Below, in pieces: positions 14,333 through 26,612 of a stretch of 64,000 nucleotides of DNA. The notes beneath the pieces were generated by a model. The model made no database searches and was not told the origin of the DNA. It saw only the letters and a program-made list of their open reading frames with translations. Positions within the stretch are counted from its first letter, which is position 1. Every line of letters starts with the position of its first letter. The position numbers and the translations under genes are program-made. Source of the DNA: Gnetum montanum (lineage: Eukaryota; Plantae; Gnetophyta); contig MNCI01000556.1 in NCBI GenBank assembly GCA_015680685.1, positions 1,127,931 to 1,191,930 on the forward strand, in the 5' to 3' direction.

Positions 14333-14496
14333 ATGGTGTGATACAAACAATAGAAATGATGTGATCGATTTAGAGAATCAGAAATGAGTCAAACCCTTAG
14401 CATAACCAAAAAAATATGAAGCAAAAAAAGAATAAACATATAACAAGTGTTAATTATGTTGGAAGAAGTGGAGTAGTTACGCTATGCAGGTAATGG

Positions 14497-16268
14497 TCAT
14501 TCTCGCAGCTGCTTTCTAACCCATTGTGGACTTGGTGATGCATAAGGCCGAAGGGCTTTGTTGTAGTATTCTTCTATGTCATTTTCTACCACTTGAAAAG
14601 GTAATTCGGCCAACGTAGTTTCATTTTCCGAGCTGGTGTTTTCGGCTAGCTCATTTTCCAAACAAGTAAACTTGGTGGGGATAGGAGTTTCATTCTTATA
14701 GGTTACTACTTCTGAACCTTGCTCCATGTTAACATTGTTTATCACTTGGGTTGTCAGTTCATCACTGTAGATCACCACCTCCCTGCCTGTGTAAGGTAGG
14801 TGGATTTCTTAATGTATAGCTGAAGAGATGGCCCTGAGTTGGGCTAACCATGACCTCCCCAAGATTAGGTTGAACCTGGGAATCTCTCCTACCACGATGA
14901 ATCTTGCACTTATGGGGAACTGATCCCCTACTACAAAGTTAATGTGGACAGTACCTTTTACCATCACCCATGCTCTATTGAATGACTTTAGACATGAAGT
15001 TGTCATGGGTTTGATTTGATCCACCAAACCCAGCTTGTCCACTATGGGGAACGAGATGACATTTGTAGTAGCCCCTTCATCAACATGTACCCTTCAGATC
15101 TTGTGTTGACTTGCCCAAATTGTGATGAACAGATATGCTATTATGGCCTGGCCCTTCTTAGGATCATCCTTGATGGACTCATCATGAAATGTCAATTGAG
15201 TTGGTTATGGTTCCTCAGGCGTAGAAGGAAGCATGACTACATGGATCGCTTTCTCCTCTACCGGCATGTTTTTGTCAACCAATATGGACATTAACATGCA
15301 AACCAAGGCTTTTTGGTGTATAGTGGAGGTCATTATCAGGTCATATAGGATCAAATTTGTATTCTTTTGTTTTAGAGATTTTTTAACCTTGGTAAATGTG
15401 TTTAGAAGGTCCTATCCACTTTCTTGTTGTTTTCCACCCTTCTCCTCCTCCATTTGTCCTAGAAGATGAATTTCTTGAGCAGCAACGGTTTCAAGTTTGG
15501 GGCTAGACCTTTTTGGGTGGGATGGAAATGATTTTGTTTGTGTAGTGACATCAACTATTGATGATGAGGTGGGCATATACATGGAGGACAAGGGTGTAGG
15601 CTTGGGGGGACCTAGGGCGGTATGCTCATTGACCCTTTTTTCCATCAAAAGCTCTTCCCGTTTCTTTGAACGAGAACATTGTGATGTCGTCTTATGTTGG
15701 CTTTGTGTGATGGGGGTAGTTGAGTGTTTTGACCCCCTAATGATGAATGGTTTTTGTGGTGTTAGTGTAGGCGGTGATGTAGTTTTGAATATGAAGGATG
15801 TAGGGGCGGATGCCTAAGGAGGAACCTTAAGAACAAATGGCTATTGCAGCTTCTTTCTTGCCATTTTTGGTGTTGGTACATTACATTGAGGTGCACGAAC
15901 CACAAATAACTGTTGTGGTGGTTTTGGATTACTATCTATGCCAATCATGTTGATAGTGTACCTTGCGTCGTTAGCATTGAGGGGGTCCTTGTAAATGTGC
16001 ATGGATTGATTTTCTAGGAAGATGGGGTTTCTTTCATCTAGAACTAACTTCCCCTGATCAATCATCCATTGGATGTCATATTTTAGTGTGAAATAGTAAT
16101 CCATGTCATGACCACAGAGTTGATGGTAGTCACAGAATGGCTCCAGCCTGAGGTTCTTAGGAACTAGTAGCTCGTTGTGCATAGCCAAGGAGGGGTTCCT
16201 ATGGATCTTGCAATACCGTTGATGCCATTTGGTTGCCTCCTTGGACATCCGCTTATGTTGGATGTACC
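14497..16268 (-). pseudogene. Tat-like copy A gag C-terminus and aspartic protease, interrupted by LTR of copy B
   Basis: CDYHQLCGHD..Y..LK..IQ.MIDQGKL (gag zinc-knuckle-like). Protease VDEGATTNVI ~15060-15085 and FNLILGRSWL. Confidence 0.85.
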
Positions 16269-17701
16269 TGTACTATCTAAAATTTTCTGTACAAGGCTGG
16301 AATGGGATGAGCATCGCGTGATTTATAGATGAGCACAGAAGATCCTACCTTTGCTTGAGGGTGAGCTGGGACAAACGAAGGTAGAGTACCTTGAGTGGTC
16401 CGCACGCTGATCAGAAAAGGATTTCCCCAACGTATGCCAATATGCAATATGTTGGGTCATGTATAAATAGTGTGATTAATGTAAATAAAAGCATAAATTT
16501 GCATTAACTTAAACAAAAGAAATGAACCAGAATAAACAAAAAACGTGACAAATTTTGAGCAGAAACAAAGTAACTTTATTGCCAGATGAGAATTACAGTG
16601 CACCGGTCCAGATGTAGTCATAGAATTGACACAAGGTAAATGAAAGGCCTTGGTGGATGTTGGAAGATGATAGTGTGCTGGTTCAAATTGCAAGCACAGT
16701 GTGAAGGCTATATGCTTAGCGTGTAGGGTTTAAGTCTAGTGTATGGGGGTTCTTGCTCTGACTTGCTTACTATTTTCCAAGTTCCAGTTTTTCTTTGTAT
16801 TTGTCTCAAAATTCTCAACCCTGATCTAGTGAAAAATTGGGGTTTTTATGAGGTTTTTGAGCGCTAGATTCAGATCTAGAAAGGTATGAGTCACCGTGGA
16901 TGAGGAAATTTCAGGTCGGGTGATAGGTGGCTACGTTGCCCAGGTGCAAAGAATATTATAACTATGTAGCATGTTGCATGCCAACGTGTGTCACTGCATG
17001 CCAGTGTGTACACGCCGGGCATGTGAACTCAGCATATAGACTTGACTAATACAAAAGAATTCATTTTTACAATCTACTGTTACAACAGGAAGTATCCAAT
17101 TCGGCCTTTGGATTTGGGCTCGGGTGTTATGGGAATGTTTCCTGTAGGTATTCAGCTTAGTTGGACTTAATTTGACATGGTTCTAAAAATTTCCACTGAT
17201 ATATGCTGTGCTGCACGCTGGATGATGCATGTCGGGCGTACATGCTGGGCATGCAGGATGTACATGCTCTGGGTGTGAACCCCAAAGTCCATGATTTTAA
17301 GGTCAAAATCAAATTTTCTTGAGCCCATGATGACACCTAACAATTGCCCTATCTCTGAGAGTTGATGCCTTGTGAAAATCTTGCTCTGGAGTGCTTGTTT
17401 CAGGTAGTCTTTGAAGTCACACGCTGGGCATATATGCTAGGCGTATACGCTAGTCGTGCAGGCTGGGCATGGATGTTGCATACTCAGTGAAAATCATGTA
17501 TTTTGAGCTCAAAATTTGGCAAGGTTTGACACCAGATGTTGTCATAGTCTACTGTGGATCCCGAGGAACCATTTCTTGCTCAGTTCGACTCCGTTTGAAG
17601 CTGTCCGTGAGGCCATCAAGCTTTAGTCATGGTGGGAGCATCACGATTTTAGCTCGATTCTTGTTGGAGAAGTACTAAGTTCATAATTTTGTGGTGTTTT
17701 A
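16269..17701 (-). repeat. 3' LTR of copy B
   Basis: Follows PPT AAAGAGGGGCCAA on the minus strand. Starts TAAAACACC (TG mutated) and ends GATAGTACA. Homologous to 1510-2763. Confidence 0.85.
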
Positions 17702-18810
17702 TTGGCCCCTCTTTGTTGATTCTTGGAGTAATCCACCCGATAAGCATCGACGAAGAAGTACAAAACACCACAAGCGACTCGGTAGAAACATTGTCCTTTG
17801 ACACTTGGCTAGATGTCATTGCATCATGTTCAGTAGTACATGGGATTGGGAAAATGAAGTTTGTAGCTGGATAGGGGAAATGGAAATTGTGGGGATTGGG
17901 AACTGATCAAGGGATTGTGCATGGTGAAGGGGATGCTCTGGTGTGTATACGGGTCATGTTGATGCTTGCCAATAGCCATTGTCTAGCAGACTTGGGACCA
18001 AGACATGAGGTGTACATCCTTTGGTGGAACAAGACTCTTGTTTCGTGTTTAAGAGGACTTGTTGGCATAACCAAGGCCACGATGATGATGTGTTACGTTC
18101 TTTGGAGGAACAAGGCCTCTATTTGGTGTTAAAGGGAACCTGTTGGCAGAGAGCCAAAGCCACGCAATGAGATGTTACTTGAGTGTTTGAGACATGCATA
18201 CTTGCTTCCAAGACAACTACCTTCCTGCCTAGGGCTTGTATGGGAAGTGCTAAGGGTCTTGTGCTCCTTTTTGGCTTTTTTGCTCTTTGTTCTATGCACT
18301 TTTCCCTTTTTTTGGAAAAGAGCTTTGTTTTGATCTTGTACTCATGCTCAAGTGCCATGTTGTCTATTTCCACTGCTTAAAAGTGTTGCAGTGGGCAACA
18401 ATGTGCTCAATGTTCTGGAATGCACTGGGTATGTCCAGGGTATGACTGAGTAGAGTATGTTGAGGAATAGATGAGAAATGTAACAGGAAATGTACTAGTG
18501 AATGGCTTGATTAACCTAGTTACATATGTTAGGAACAATGTGATACCTTGCTGTTGTGATGAAGTGCATTCTCGTATGAACACCTCTGAGTGTCATCCTA
18601 CAAACACAACTCCAAGAAGACAAGAAAAACACGAGTGAGTGAGTAAGATTAGACTTGAAAAGTAACTAATGAAGAAAAGGCACCAGATGAGATTCTAGGC
18701 ACTGAATATGAATGGCAATAATGTTGTTAAGATCAACTAGTGATGAGTGAGGCAGCAGCCCTGATGAAGTTTGAATGCAGCTACAGATTAGAAGGCCAGA
18801 GATAAAGTTG

Positions 18811-19178
18811 CCAGTTTATAGTCATAGCGGACTGTTGTGGGTTAGTTTCATGTCATAACCCATTTAACGATGCTAGTTTATTGTCGTTGCGGATGGTACA
18901 CTGCTAGTGTATAGTCTTGATGGACTGTGAAGAGGTGAACCAATTTACAGTCTTAGCAGACTCTGGCGAACGAAACTGTGGCAGTTTAAAGTCATACTGG
19001 ATGGGTTCTAGTGTATTGTCATTACTGATGAACTGTGGTGCCAGTTTATTGTCGTAATGCCAGGACATTCTGTGGTATCAGTTTACCATCATGATTCTAG
19101 GATGTTCTTTGGTATCAATTTACCATCATGATTCCAGGATGTTCTGCAGTATCAGTTTATCATCATGATTCTAGGATG
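18811..19178 (-). repeat. Hairpin motif array downstream of integrase stop (copy B)
   Basis: Units CAGTTTAT-AGTC-ATAGCG-GACT, AGTC-TTGATG-GACT, TGTC-N10-GACA, CATC-N10-GATG x3 (+ strand reading). Confidence 0.85.
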
Positions 19179-19199
19179 AGTGCGTACCTAAGTTCATGC

Positions 19200-22100
19200 T
19201 CAAATGTAGAACCGTTTCAAGTACAAGTGGTTCATCAGATGTGCAAGTTCATTACCATTCATGTTGGCTAGTTTAAATACTCCATTGTCTAATGGTCCTT
19301 CCCAATTGGCTGAGAATTTGTCTAGGAGTTCCCAAATGGCTTTGAGTACAAGGTCACCTTTCTTAATCGGGATTTTATGAATATCGTGCGGATGGCACCA
19401 TTGTTGTTGCTTTTGGTACCATTCGATTTGATCGAGTGCACGTGTGCGTTCCTCCTCCACCGAGTCCAAGTTAACAATGCGCAAGTCATTGTTTTGATCT
19501 TCGTCGAGGAGTCTGGAGAGTGTGATTCCTAAGGATGGTACTTGCAACTCCAAAGGTAAAACAACTTCTGAACCATAAAAAAGACTTTATGGCGTTTTAC
19601 CTGTGGAAGTCCGATGTATGATGCGATAAGCCCATAGTGCGTATACTAACTGTTCATGCCATTTTCTCTTGCTCTGCATAAGCATCTTCTTTAGCACTAA
19701 GATGATGATCTTATTTGTAGCTTCAGCTTGTCAATTGCTCTGAGGGTAGTAAGGGGATGAAAATTAATTTTTGATCCCTAGGCTTTCACAGAAAGTTCTA
19801 GTTTTGGCACTGCTGAACTATGGCCCGTTATCAGTGATGACGGTCATCGAAATGCCAAAACGGGTCACGATGTTTTCTAGAATGAAGTTGCATATGTGTT
19901 TGGATGTGGTCTTTCTAAGGGGAATAGCTTCTACCCATTTTATGAAATATTCTGTTGCGGTTATGATCAAGCTATGCCCTGCAGAAGATGGGGGAGTTAT
20001 TGGTCCAATGATGTCTAACCCCCATTTTTGGAAAGGCCATGTGATTTGAGCTGTATGCAATTCATTGGGTGGGACATGTATGAGATTACCATGCTTTTGA
20101 CATAGATCACACGTTTTGACCTTGGAGACATAGTCATACTCCATGTGTGGCCAATAGTATCCTAAACGCCTTATTTTGGTCACCATTTCTTTGGGTGCTA
20201 TGTGCCCTCCGCATAGTCCTTTGTGTACTTAATCCACAATGGTCTGGCCATCTGTGCTACTAACACATCTTAACAGGATACCTTCATAGGATCTACGACA
20301 CAATGTGTCACCTACTAATGCATATTGTTGAGAACATTTTCGTACTACATCCTTTTGTGCATTCGTTAGATATTGAGGCAGTTCACCATGTAAAAGGTAC
20401 TTCTTTATGTCATTGTACCATTCTACGGTCTGCATTGTACTAATGGATGCGATCAGTAATTCATTGGGAGTATCAGTTACAAGTTTGGTACAACTAATTA
20501 TAGAACTGGGCAACGTATGGAACATGTTTGGCGATATGTTTAGAGCTAACGTGGCAAGTGCATCTGCAATGGTGTTATCATTTCTGGAGACATGTTGCAC
20601 ATAAATATTTTCGAATCGCTTCAGTAAGTGCTTAGTCAAATCACAGTATGGTTGTAAGTGTTTGGCTTTGCACGCATAAACGTCTGTGAATTGATTTAGA
20701 ACTAATTGTGAGTCACCTCTGACTACCAGTCGTGTGATGTTTGAAGCTAGTGCTACCATAAGACCTCTAAGGAGACCTTCGTACTCTGCTACGTTGTTGG
20801 TACAGTGAAAGTTGAAACAATAAGCAGAGGGTCGGATCTCCTCGGAGGGATAGGTGATGATGACAGCAGCACTTCCCCCTCAAGAGGTGGATGCTCTATC
20901 AAAATTCAAAATGGCATCGTAGTCATCGGGTACTATGTCTATTGCACCCCCATTTTCATCAAGGAACTCTGGCTCTATCGTTTCCTGATCATACATTGGT
21001 GATGCAGTCATTTGATTTGCTATGGCTTGACGTTTAACTGATGATTGTGCTATGTAGTGTAGGTCAAACTCAACTATCATGGCTTTCCAACGAGCTATTC
21101 TACTGGACTCATAAATGCTTCCTATGATGGATCTGAGTACATTATCCTTGCAGATTATATTGACTTGGTTACGGAAGAGGTAATGTCACCATTTCTTTAA
21201 GGAAAAGACAAGGGCTAAGCATGACCTTTCCACCTCGTTGTACCTCTTCACATGGGCTACTAATGCATGGCTTAAGTAATAAACAGGGACTTCAGTTCCG
21301 TCATCTCATTTTTCGCAAAGCATAGACATGATTGATGAGTTTGAAGTGGCAAGGTAGATGTAGAATGGTTTATCATTTCGAGGTGGATAAACTGTGGGTA
21401 GTTGAAAAAGTGTTGTTTTAATGTTGTCGAAGGCTTCTTAGCACTGCTGAGTCCATTCAAAATGGACATCCTTACGCAATAGATGCTGCATAGGACTCAA
21501 CTTGTCCGTCAGTTTCTCTATGAATCATTTAATGAATTGTAGTCTACCTTGTAGACCATAAAGTTTGGTAAGGTTGCTGGGTGGCTTTAAGTTTGTTATG
21601 GCCTTAACCTTATCGGGGTCTACTCGTATCCCTGCTTCCAAGGCTATGAATCCAAGCATTTTACTTTTTTTGACTCGAAAGACACATTTCTTTGGGTTAA
21701 GTCTCAGTTCATATTTTAAACAACGTTTTAGTACCAAGTCAAGATCTTGTATGTGTTGTTCTAATGTCTTTGATTTAACTATAATATCATCTACATAGTC
21801 GTTGAGCGAGTTGAAGATATAATCACTAAAGATAAATGTCATCGCTCTTTGGTATGTAGCACTAGCATTCTTGAGACCGAATGGCATCATCGTGTAGCAA
21901 AAAGTACCCCATGGTGTCATAAAGGTCATCCTAAGTTGATGCTCAGGGTTATTCCGAATTTGGTTATATCCTGAAAAGCCATCCATAAAAGATAATAAGG
22001 CATGCCCAACGGTTGAGTCAGCCAGTTGATCAATGCTAGGTAGGGGGAAATCATCTTTTATCGTTGCAAAGTTGAGGTCCCAGAAGTCAATGCATAGGCA

Positions 22101-22658
22101 AATGCTTCCGTTCTTCTTTGGGACAATGACCATGTTGGATACCCAGTCAGCATAGTCAATAGCCCAAATGAAACCAGCCTAATAAAGTTTGGTGATTTCA
22201 TTACAAACTACCAATGCTACCTCGGGCTTAACCTTACATGCTTTTTGTTTCACTGTTCTTAATTTTGGGTCGAGTATAATATTGTGTTGGACTATTTGAG
22301 GGTCTAACTCAGGCATGTCAGTGTAAGACCAAGCAAATGCTTTTATGTTATCTTTAAGCACTTGTGCTATGTCATTGGCTAGTTGTGGGCTTAAAAATGT
22401 ACTTAGTTTCATGATTTTAACTTCATCATCTGGCACAATAATGGGGACTTCGGCCAACGGGTCTTTAGTGATGCTATCTATTTCTAGGTCCAAAGTCTTG
22501 GTCATCATTTCAAAACAATCTAGCATTTGTTGAGTTGATGCCACCAAAGTGTTGTTTGTTGTTGAGCCTAAATCAATATACTCCATGTTGATTTCTCGTG
22601 TGATCATTCTGTGTGGTCCATTGATAGATAGTGGTAAGAATAATTGCTTGCCGTCCAT
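19200..22658 (-). pseudogene. Copy B pol: RT, RNase H, additional archaeal-type RNase H, integrase
   Basis: RT YVDD (21525-22133). RH YIYLATS. aRH FD...NNVAEYE...GDSQLV...NTIADALA (20229-20910). INT GYYWP, C..CQ.H, WGLDIIGP, ITDNGP, YYPQSN, WAYR. Confidence 0.93.
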
Positions 22659-22799
22659 GATGTATGCTCCTGCCAATAAACAGTGGGCAGTGTCAATCGG
22701 GTGGTTGGTTATTTTTGGATATAAGTAGTTTATGTGTTTATGCATCTAAACTAGACTAAGGTATGCGATGATAATTTATCATCGTATCTAGATGCATGG

Positions 22800-22940
22800 C
22801 AGTTTAAGGCCTTACTAGGCCAGTTGCAATAGTCTAAGGCCTTACCGGACCAGTTGCGGTAGTTTAAGGCCTTACCGGGCCGGTTGCAGTAGTTTAAGGC
22901 CTTACCGGGCTGGTTGCGTAGCTTAAGGCCTTACCGGGCT
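22800..22940 (-). repeat. 30-bp tandem hairpin motif array upstream of pol (copy B)
   Basis: Five copies of AGTTTAA-GGCC-TTACCG-GGCC-GGTTGCRGT. Confidence 0.92.
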
Positions 22941-23460
22941 GACGATTGTTCGTTCATGATGTCTAGTTGATTGTATGATTTGTAATCGTTATCGAGTGTG
23001 AAACTGCTAGATAAGAATTTTGTACTAAGATGTTTAGTGTGGGCAACAGGAGTTTCTTCGCAAGAGAATATTGCATGTGGGTAGTGTTCATCCCAGTATA
23101 TAATTTTTTTTCTTTTGTTTTGTTCATTATCCTTGCTTCTGCATTGTTCTTATGTATTTACACATTCTTTTTATTTTGGTTAATTTTCAAATTAATTGAA
23201 TAAATTATTTCAAGGCGCCCTTGGCATGTTTAACGTGGAGTGTATAAATAGGGGTTGGCGTGAACCGCAAGATAGCCGTGACCATGTTTGAGCATGAACG
23301 TCCCAGCGTGAATGCCCAAAAGCTCAAGCATGAACCTATTTTTGCAACGTTAGTGTGAAGGTAAAGATCTAGCTGTAGGGAGAGGTAGGAAAGGGTTGGC
23401 TGCATTGGAGGTGGCTTCAGGGCACAGCGAGTCGGATGAGAGCATCCAACGTGCAGCTTC

Positions 23461-23692
23461 AAACCCCAACATGTAAGATTTGACGTAAACACAGTGTTCA
23501 GGGATGAAACCCCAGCGTGCAGGGTTCGACATAAACGTAGCATGCATGGATGAAACCCCAGAGTGTAGGGTTCAGCATAAACACAGCGTTCAGGGACGAA
23601 ACCCCAATGTGCATGGTTTTGCGTAAACGCAACGTTCAAGGACGAAACCCCGACGTGCAGGGTTCATCATAAACGCAGCGTGCCAGGGTTCA
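23461..23692. repeat. ~46-bp tandem repeat in copy B spacer
   Basis: Five copies of AAACCCCAGCGTGCAGGGTTC..CATAAAC.CAGCGTTCAGGGAYG. Confidence 0.88.
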
Positions 23693-23697
23693 GCATG

Positions 23698-24860
23698 ATG
23701 GCAACGATGAGCAAGGGCAAGCAAGTAGATGGCTAGGGGAGGAAGGAGCCTAGCTTGACCTTTGTCAAAGAGAGTAAAGCAATGTTCCAGTGTCTGCCTA
23801 GACCCAGGATTCCCTCATGGTCAGGATCGATGTGTAGGTAGGCTTTGACCTTTCATCAAAATTTGTGTTTTCGCCCACTGTTCCTGTCAATTTTCCCATT
23901 GCATAGCATAAATGTTTCCATAGTATAAGATTTCTGTAGCTTGAAGGGTGGGGTCAAAATATTCAACGTGTTGGGTTACTTTGGTCACGTTCTAGCGTGT
24001 AGCGTGCAAGGTTTTTTTTTTCTAGCGTGCAGGGTCTGCACGCTGAGCGTGATGCTGGGAATTTTTCTGAAAAAGAGGTTTCCAAGCTATCAGCAGAATG
24101 GGATGATCTCAAATCGCGCTATGCGTTCCCCTCAGCAAGGTTAACAGGTGATCGTTCTTGGTGAACTTTCGAAATTACTTATAACAGATATTGGAATTTA
24201 TTGAATCGCCAAGTATTATTGACTCGGGAGCTAGCAGAGCGTAAGGCACAAATAGATTTACTAAACCTCAAATGTTAGGATTGGAAGGCTTTTGCTTCTA
24301 AGGTGCAGAAATGGGGTCAAGATGAAAAGACCCATAAGTATCATTATAAAAAATCGTTAAAGGAGGTATCTATAGAGAAGCGTCAGCTGGAGATGTTTGT
24401 TGAGGGTTTAGGCCCACGCTCTTCATTTGTTGTGTTTGCTAAGCATACTGTGGTGGAGATGGAATCACCCAAGAGGGTAATCACCACAGCTTCTGGGGAG
24501 GTTTCTATGGGCGAGTTTCCTTTGAAACGTCCCACTTGGTCCACGGTGGACAAATGGAAGGATTTGGCTAACGTTGATTTGGGCCTTGATGGGACTGACT
24601 AGGCAAGCATCTCTGAGGAAGAAATCCTTCATCGGTTGGAATTTGGTCTAAGAGGATCTTCTTCAGTAAGTCGTGGAAACTCGTGAATTTTGCTTTTGGA
24701 ATTATTCTCTTTTCCTTTTATGTTATCGTGTTAATTGTTTTCTTTTACCTTTTCATAGGGTTAGGGTGACGATGATGGTCAAGAAGGTGGCCCCAGCGAA
24801 GCAGGGACCCATGATGCTGGGGAGTCTGAGGGGGACACCCCTTCCGATCCTGATGCTTAG
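23698..24860 (+). pseudogene. Short version of the antisense accessory gene (copy B)
   Basis: TATAAATA at ~23243 and putative exon 1 MATMSKGKQ. Exon ~24148-24665 (...DWKAFASKVQKWGQDEKTHKYHYKK...LEMFVEGLGPRSSF...SPKR) is homologous to 35860-36185. Intron GTAAGT 24666 to TAG 24758, then an acidic last exon. Confidence 0.65.
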
Positions 24861-25384
24861 TTTTCGATTTGGTATCATCATCGCTCATGTTTTTACATGA
24901 GTTGCAAGCAGAATGTTTTGGTTTGGATTGTATATGAACTAATGGATGGAATCGGTTAACCGCTGTAATTGTCTATTTGTATATGAATATATTTTTTGTT
25001 TGTTGCTAAAATGATCATGTATGTGATCTATGTATCATGTGGGGACATTGCACTAAGTTGTAATTTGATGTTGATACATTTATACATTTTTTTCAATTGA
25101 GTTTTCTGTTATTTCTTTTTTCTGTTTGAATTTTAAGTTTATTTGAACACTGCCAGGCATAAATTTAAGGTAAAAATATTTTGCGCTTGAATGTAAACAT
25201 GATGCAGCAATCTAAAATTTTTTTGTTCATTTTGTTGTTTAAGTGTAATTCATGAAGTAGGAACAGAAGTAGGAGCATAATTATGTAAAAAGGGGAATAT
25301 GAAGGAAAACTACGGCTGATAATGTAACAACACAATAGGGTAAGCATAACTTGAATTGAGAGAAACGAAATGTAAGAAAATTTT

Positions 25385-25632
25385 CTAGTTTAAGGCCATT
25401 TTGGGCCATGGATGCATGTGTGTCAGTTTAAAGTCATGATGGATTGTAGTCTCGATGTTCTAGTTTAAAGCCATTCCGAGCCCCATGTACTAGTTTAAGG
25501 CCAATTCAGGCCATATGTAAACAAGAGCAGTTTCAAATGATACTGGTGGATTCCTTGGTAAATCAGCCATTTTTGGCAGTGGGTAGTTTTATGTCATTGT
25601 GGACATGTGGTAGTTTAATGTCATTTTGGACA
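25385..25632 (-). repeat. Hairpin motif array directly downstream of gag-protease stop (copy B)
   Basis: AGTTTAA-GGCC-ATTTTG-GGCC, AGTTTTA-TGTC-ATTGTG-GACA, AGTTTAA-TGTC-ATTTTG-GACA and others. Confidence 0.85.
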
Positions 25633-25643
25633 AGGTATGTAGT

Positions 25644-26612
25644 TTAGTGGTTTAGCAAATTTTTGATTTTTATTAGTTTAACGTTAGGAGTGATGCCGAT
25701 AGGTGTGATTCTGTACTCAGTGTCCCCTTCGCTAATCACGTTGAACGGTAATTCAGCCCAAGGAACGTCTGATGGAACAGGCTCTATGTTGGCATCTTCT
25801 AGTGTTTCCGTGTGTCCAGCAATTTCGATGTTTGTTGTAGTTTCTAGGTTAGGCGGTGTATGTACAGTTTCAAGTCCAGGTGTTTCTATGTTGGGTAGAG
25901 TTTCATTTACATCTAATGGATCATTGTTTACTGGTTGCATGCAACTTTTTTTTTCATTTGTGTCATCCTGTTTAGGCTCTTCAAACTTAACCACCGAACC
26001 TTGGTCTGCACCTATATGTGACGACATGGTAGACATAGCAGCATCTCTGTGTATAATGATTTCACCACCTTCGTAAAGCAAGTGAATCTCTTGGTGTATG
26101 GGGGAAGAGACTACTTTGAGTTGGGCTAGCCAGGGTCTTCCTAATATTAAATTAAACCCTAGCATTCTGTCGATGACAACAAAGTTAGCAGATGTGGGGA
26201 ATCGATCCCCTGCTATAAAGTCTAAGGCTATGCTGCCTTTTACTACTACGCGTGATCCACTAAATGATTTTAAACATGTGGTGGAGGTTGGTTTAATTAA
26301 TTTTGTGAGCCTTAATTCTTCGATGATGGGGTAGGGTATTATGTTTGTGGCAGCTCTATCATCTACATGCATCCAATATGTTTTGAATTGATTTACTTGT
26401 ATCGTTATGAACATAGGTGTGTGGGTGACATCTCCGGTTTGCTCGTCGATCTTAATGTTTTTGGGGTGAAAGCTTAACGATTTGAGTTTGAATCCTTGTT
26501 GTTTAGACATTACCGCATGTATGGAAGGCTCATCTATAGGTAAGTTTTTGCTTACTGGGATTGATGTTAACATGTGTACTAGGGCTTCGCGATGAGTTTG
26601 AGAAGTTAACAT
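25644..26612 (-). pseudogene. Copy B retroviral-type aspartic protease region, ending in a stop
   Basis: 322-aa ORF with HVDDRAATNIIP and FNLILGRPWL. Confidence 0.88.

Noticed and set aside
23205-23639. 144-aa minus-strand ORF
   Set aside because: Product of the 46-bp tandem repeat, with no recognisable domain.
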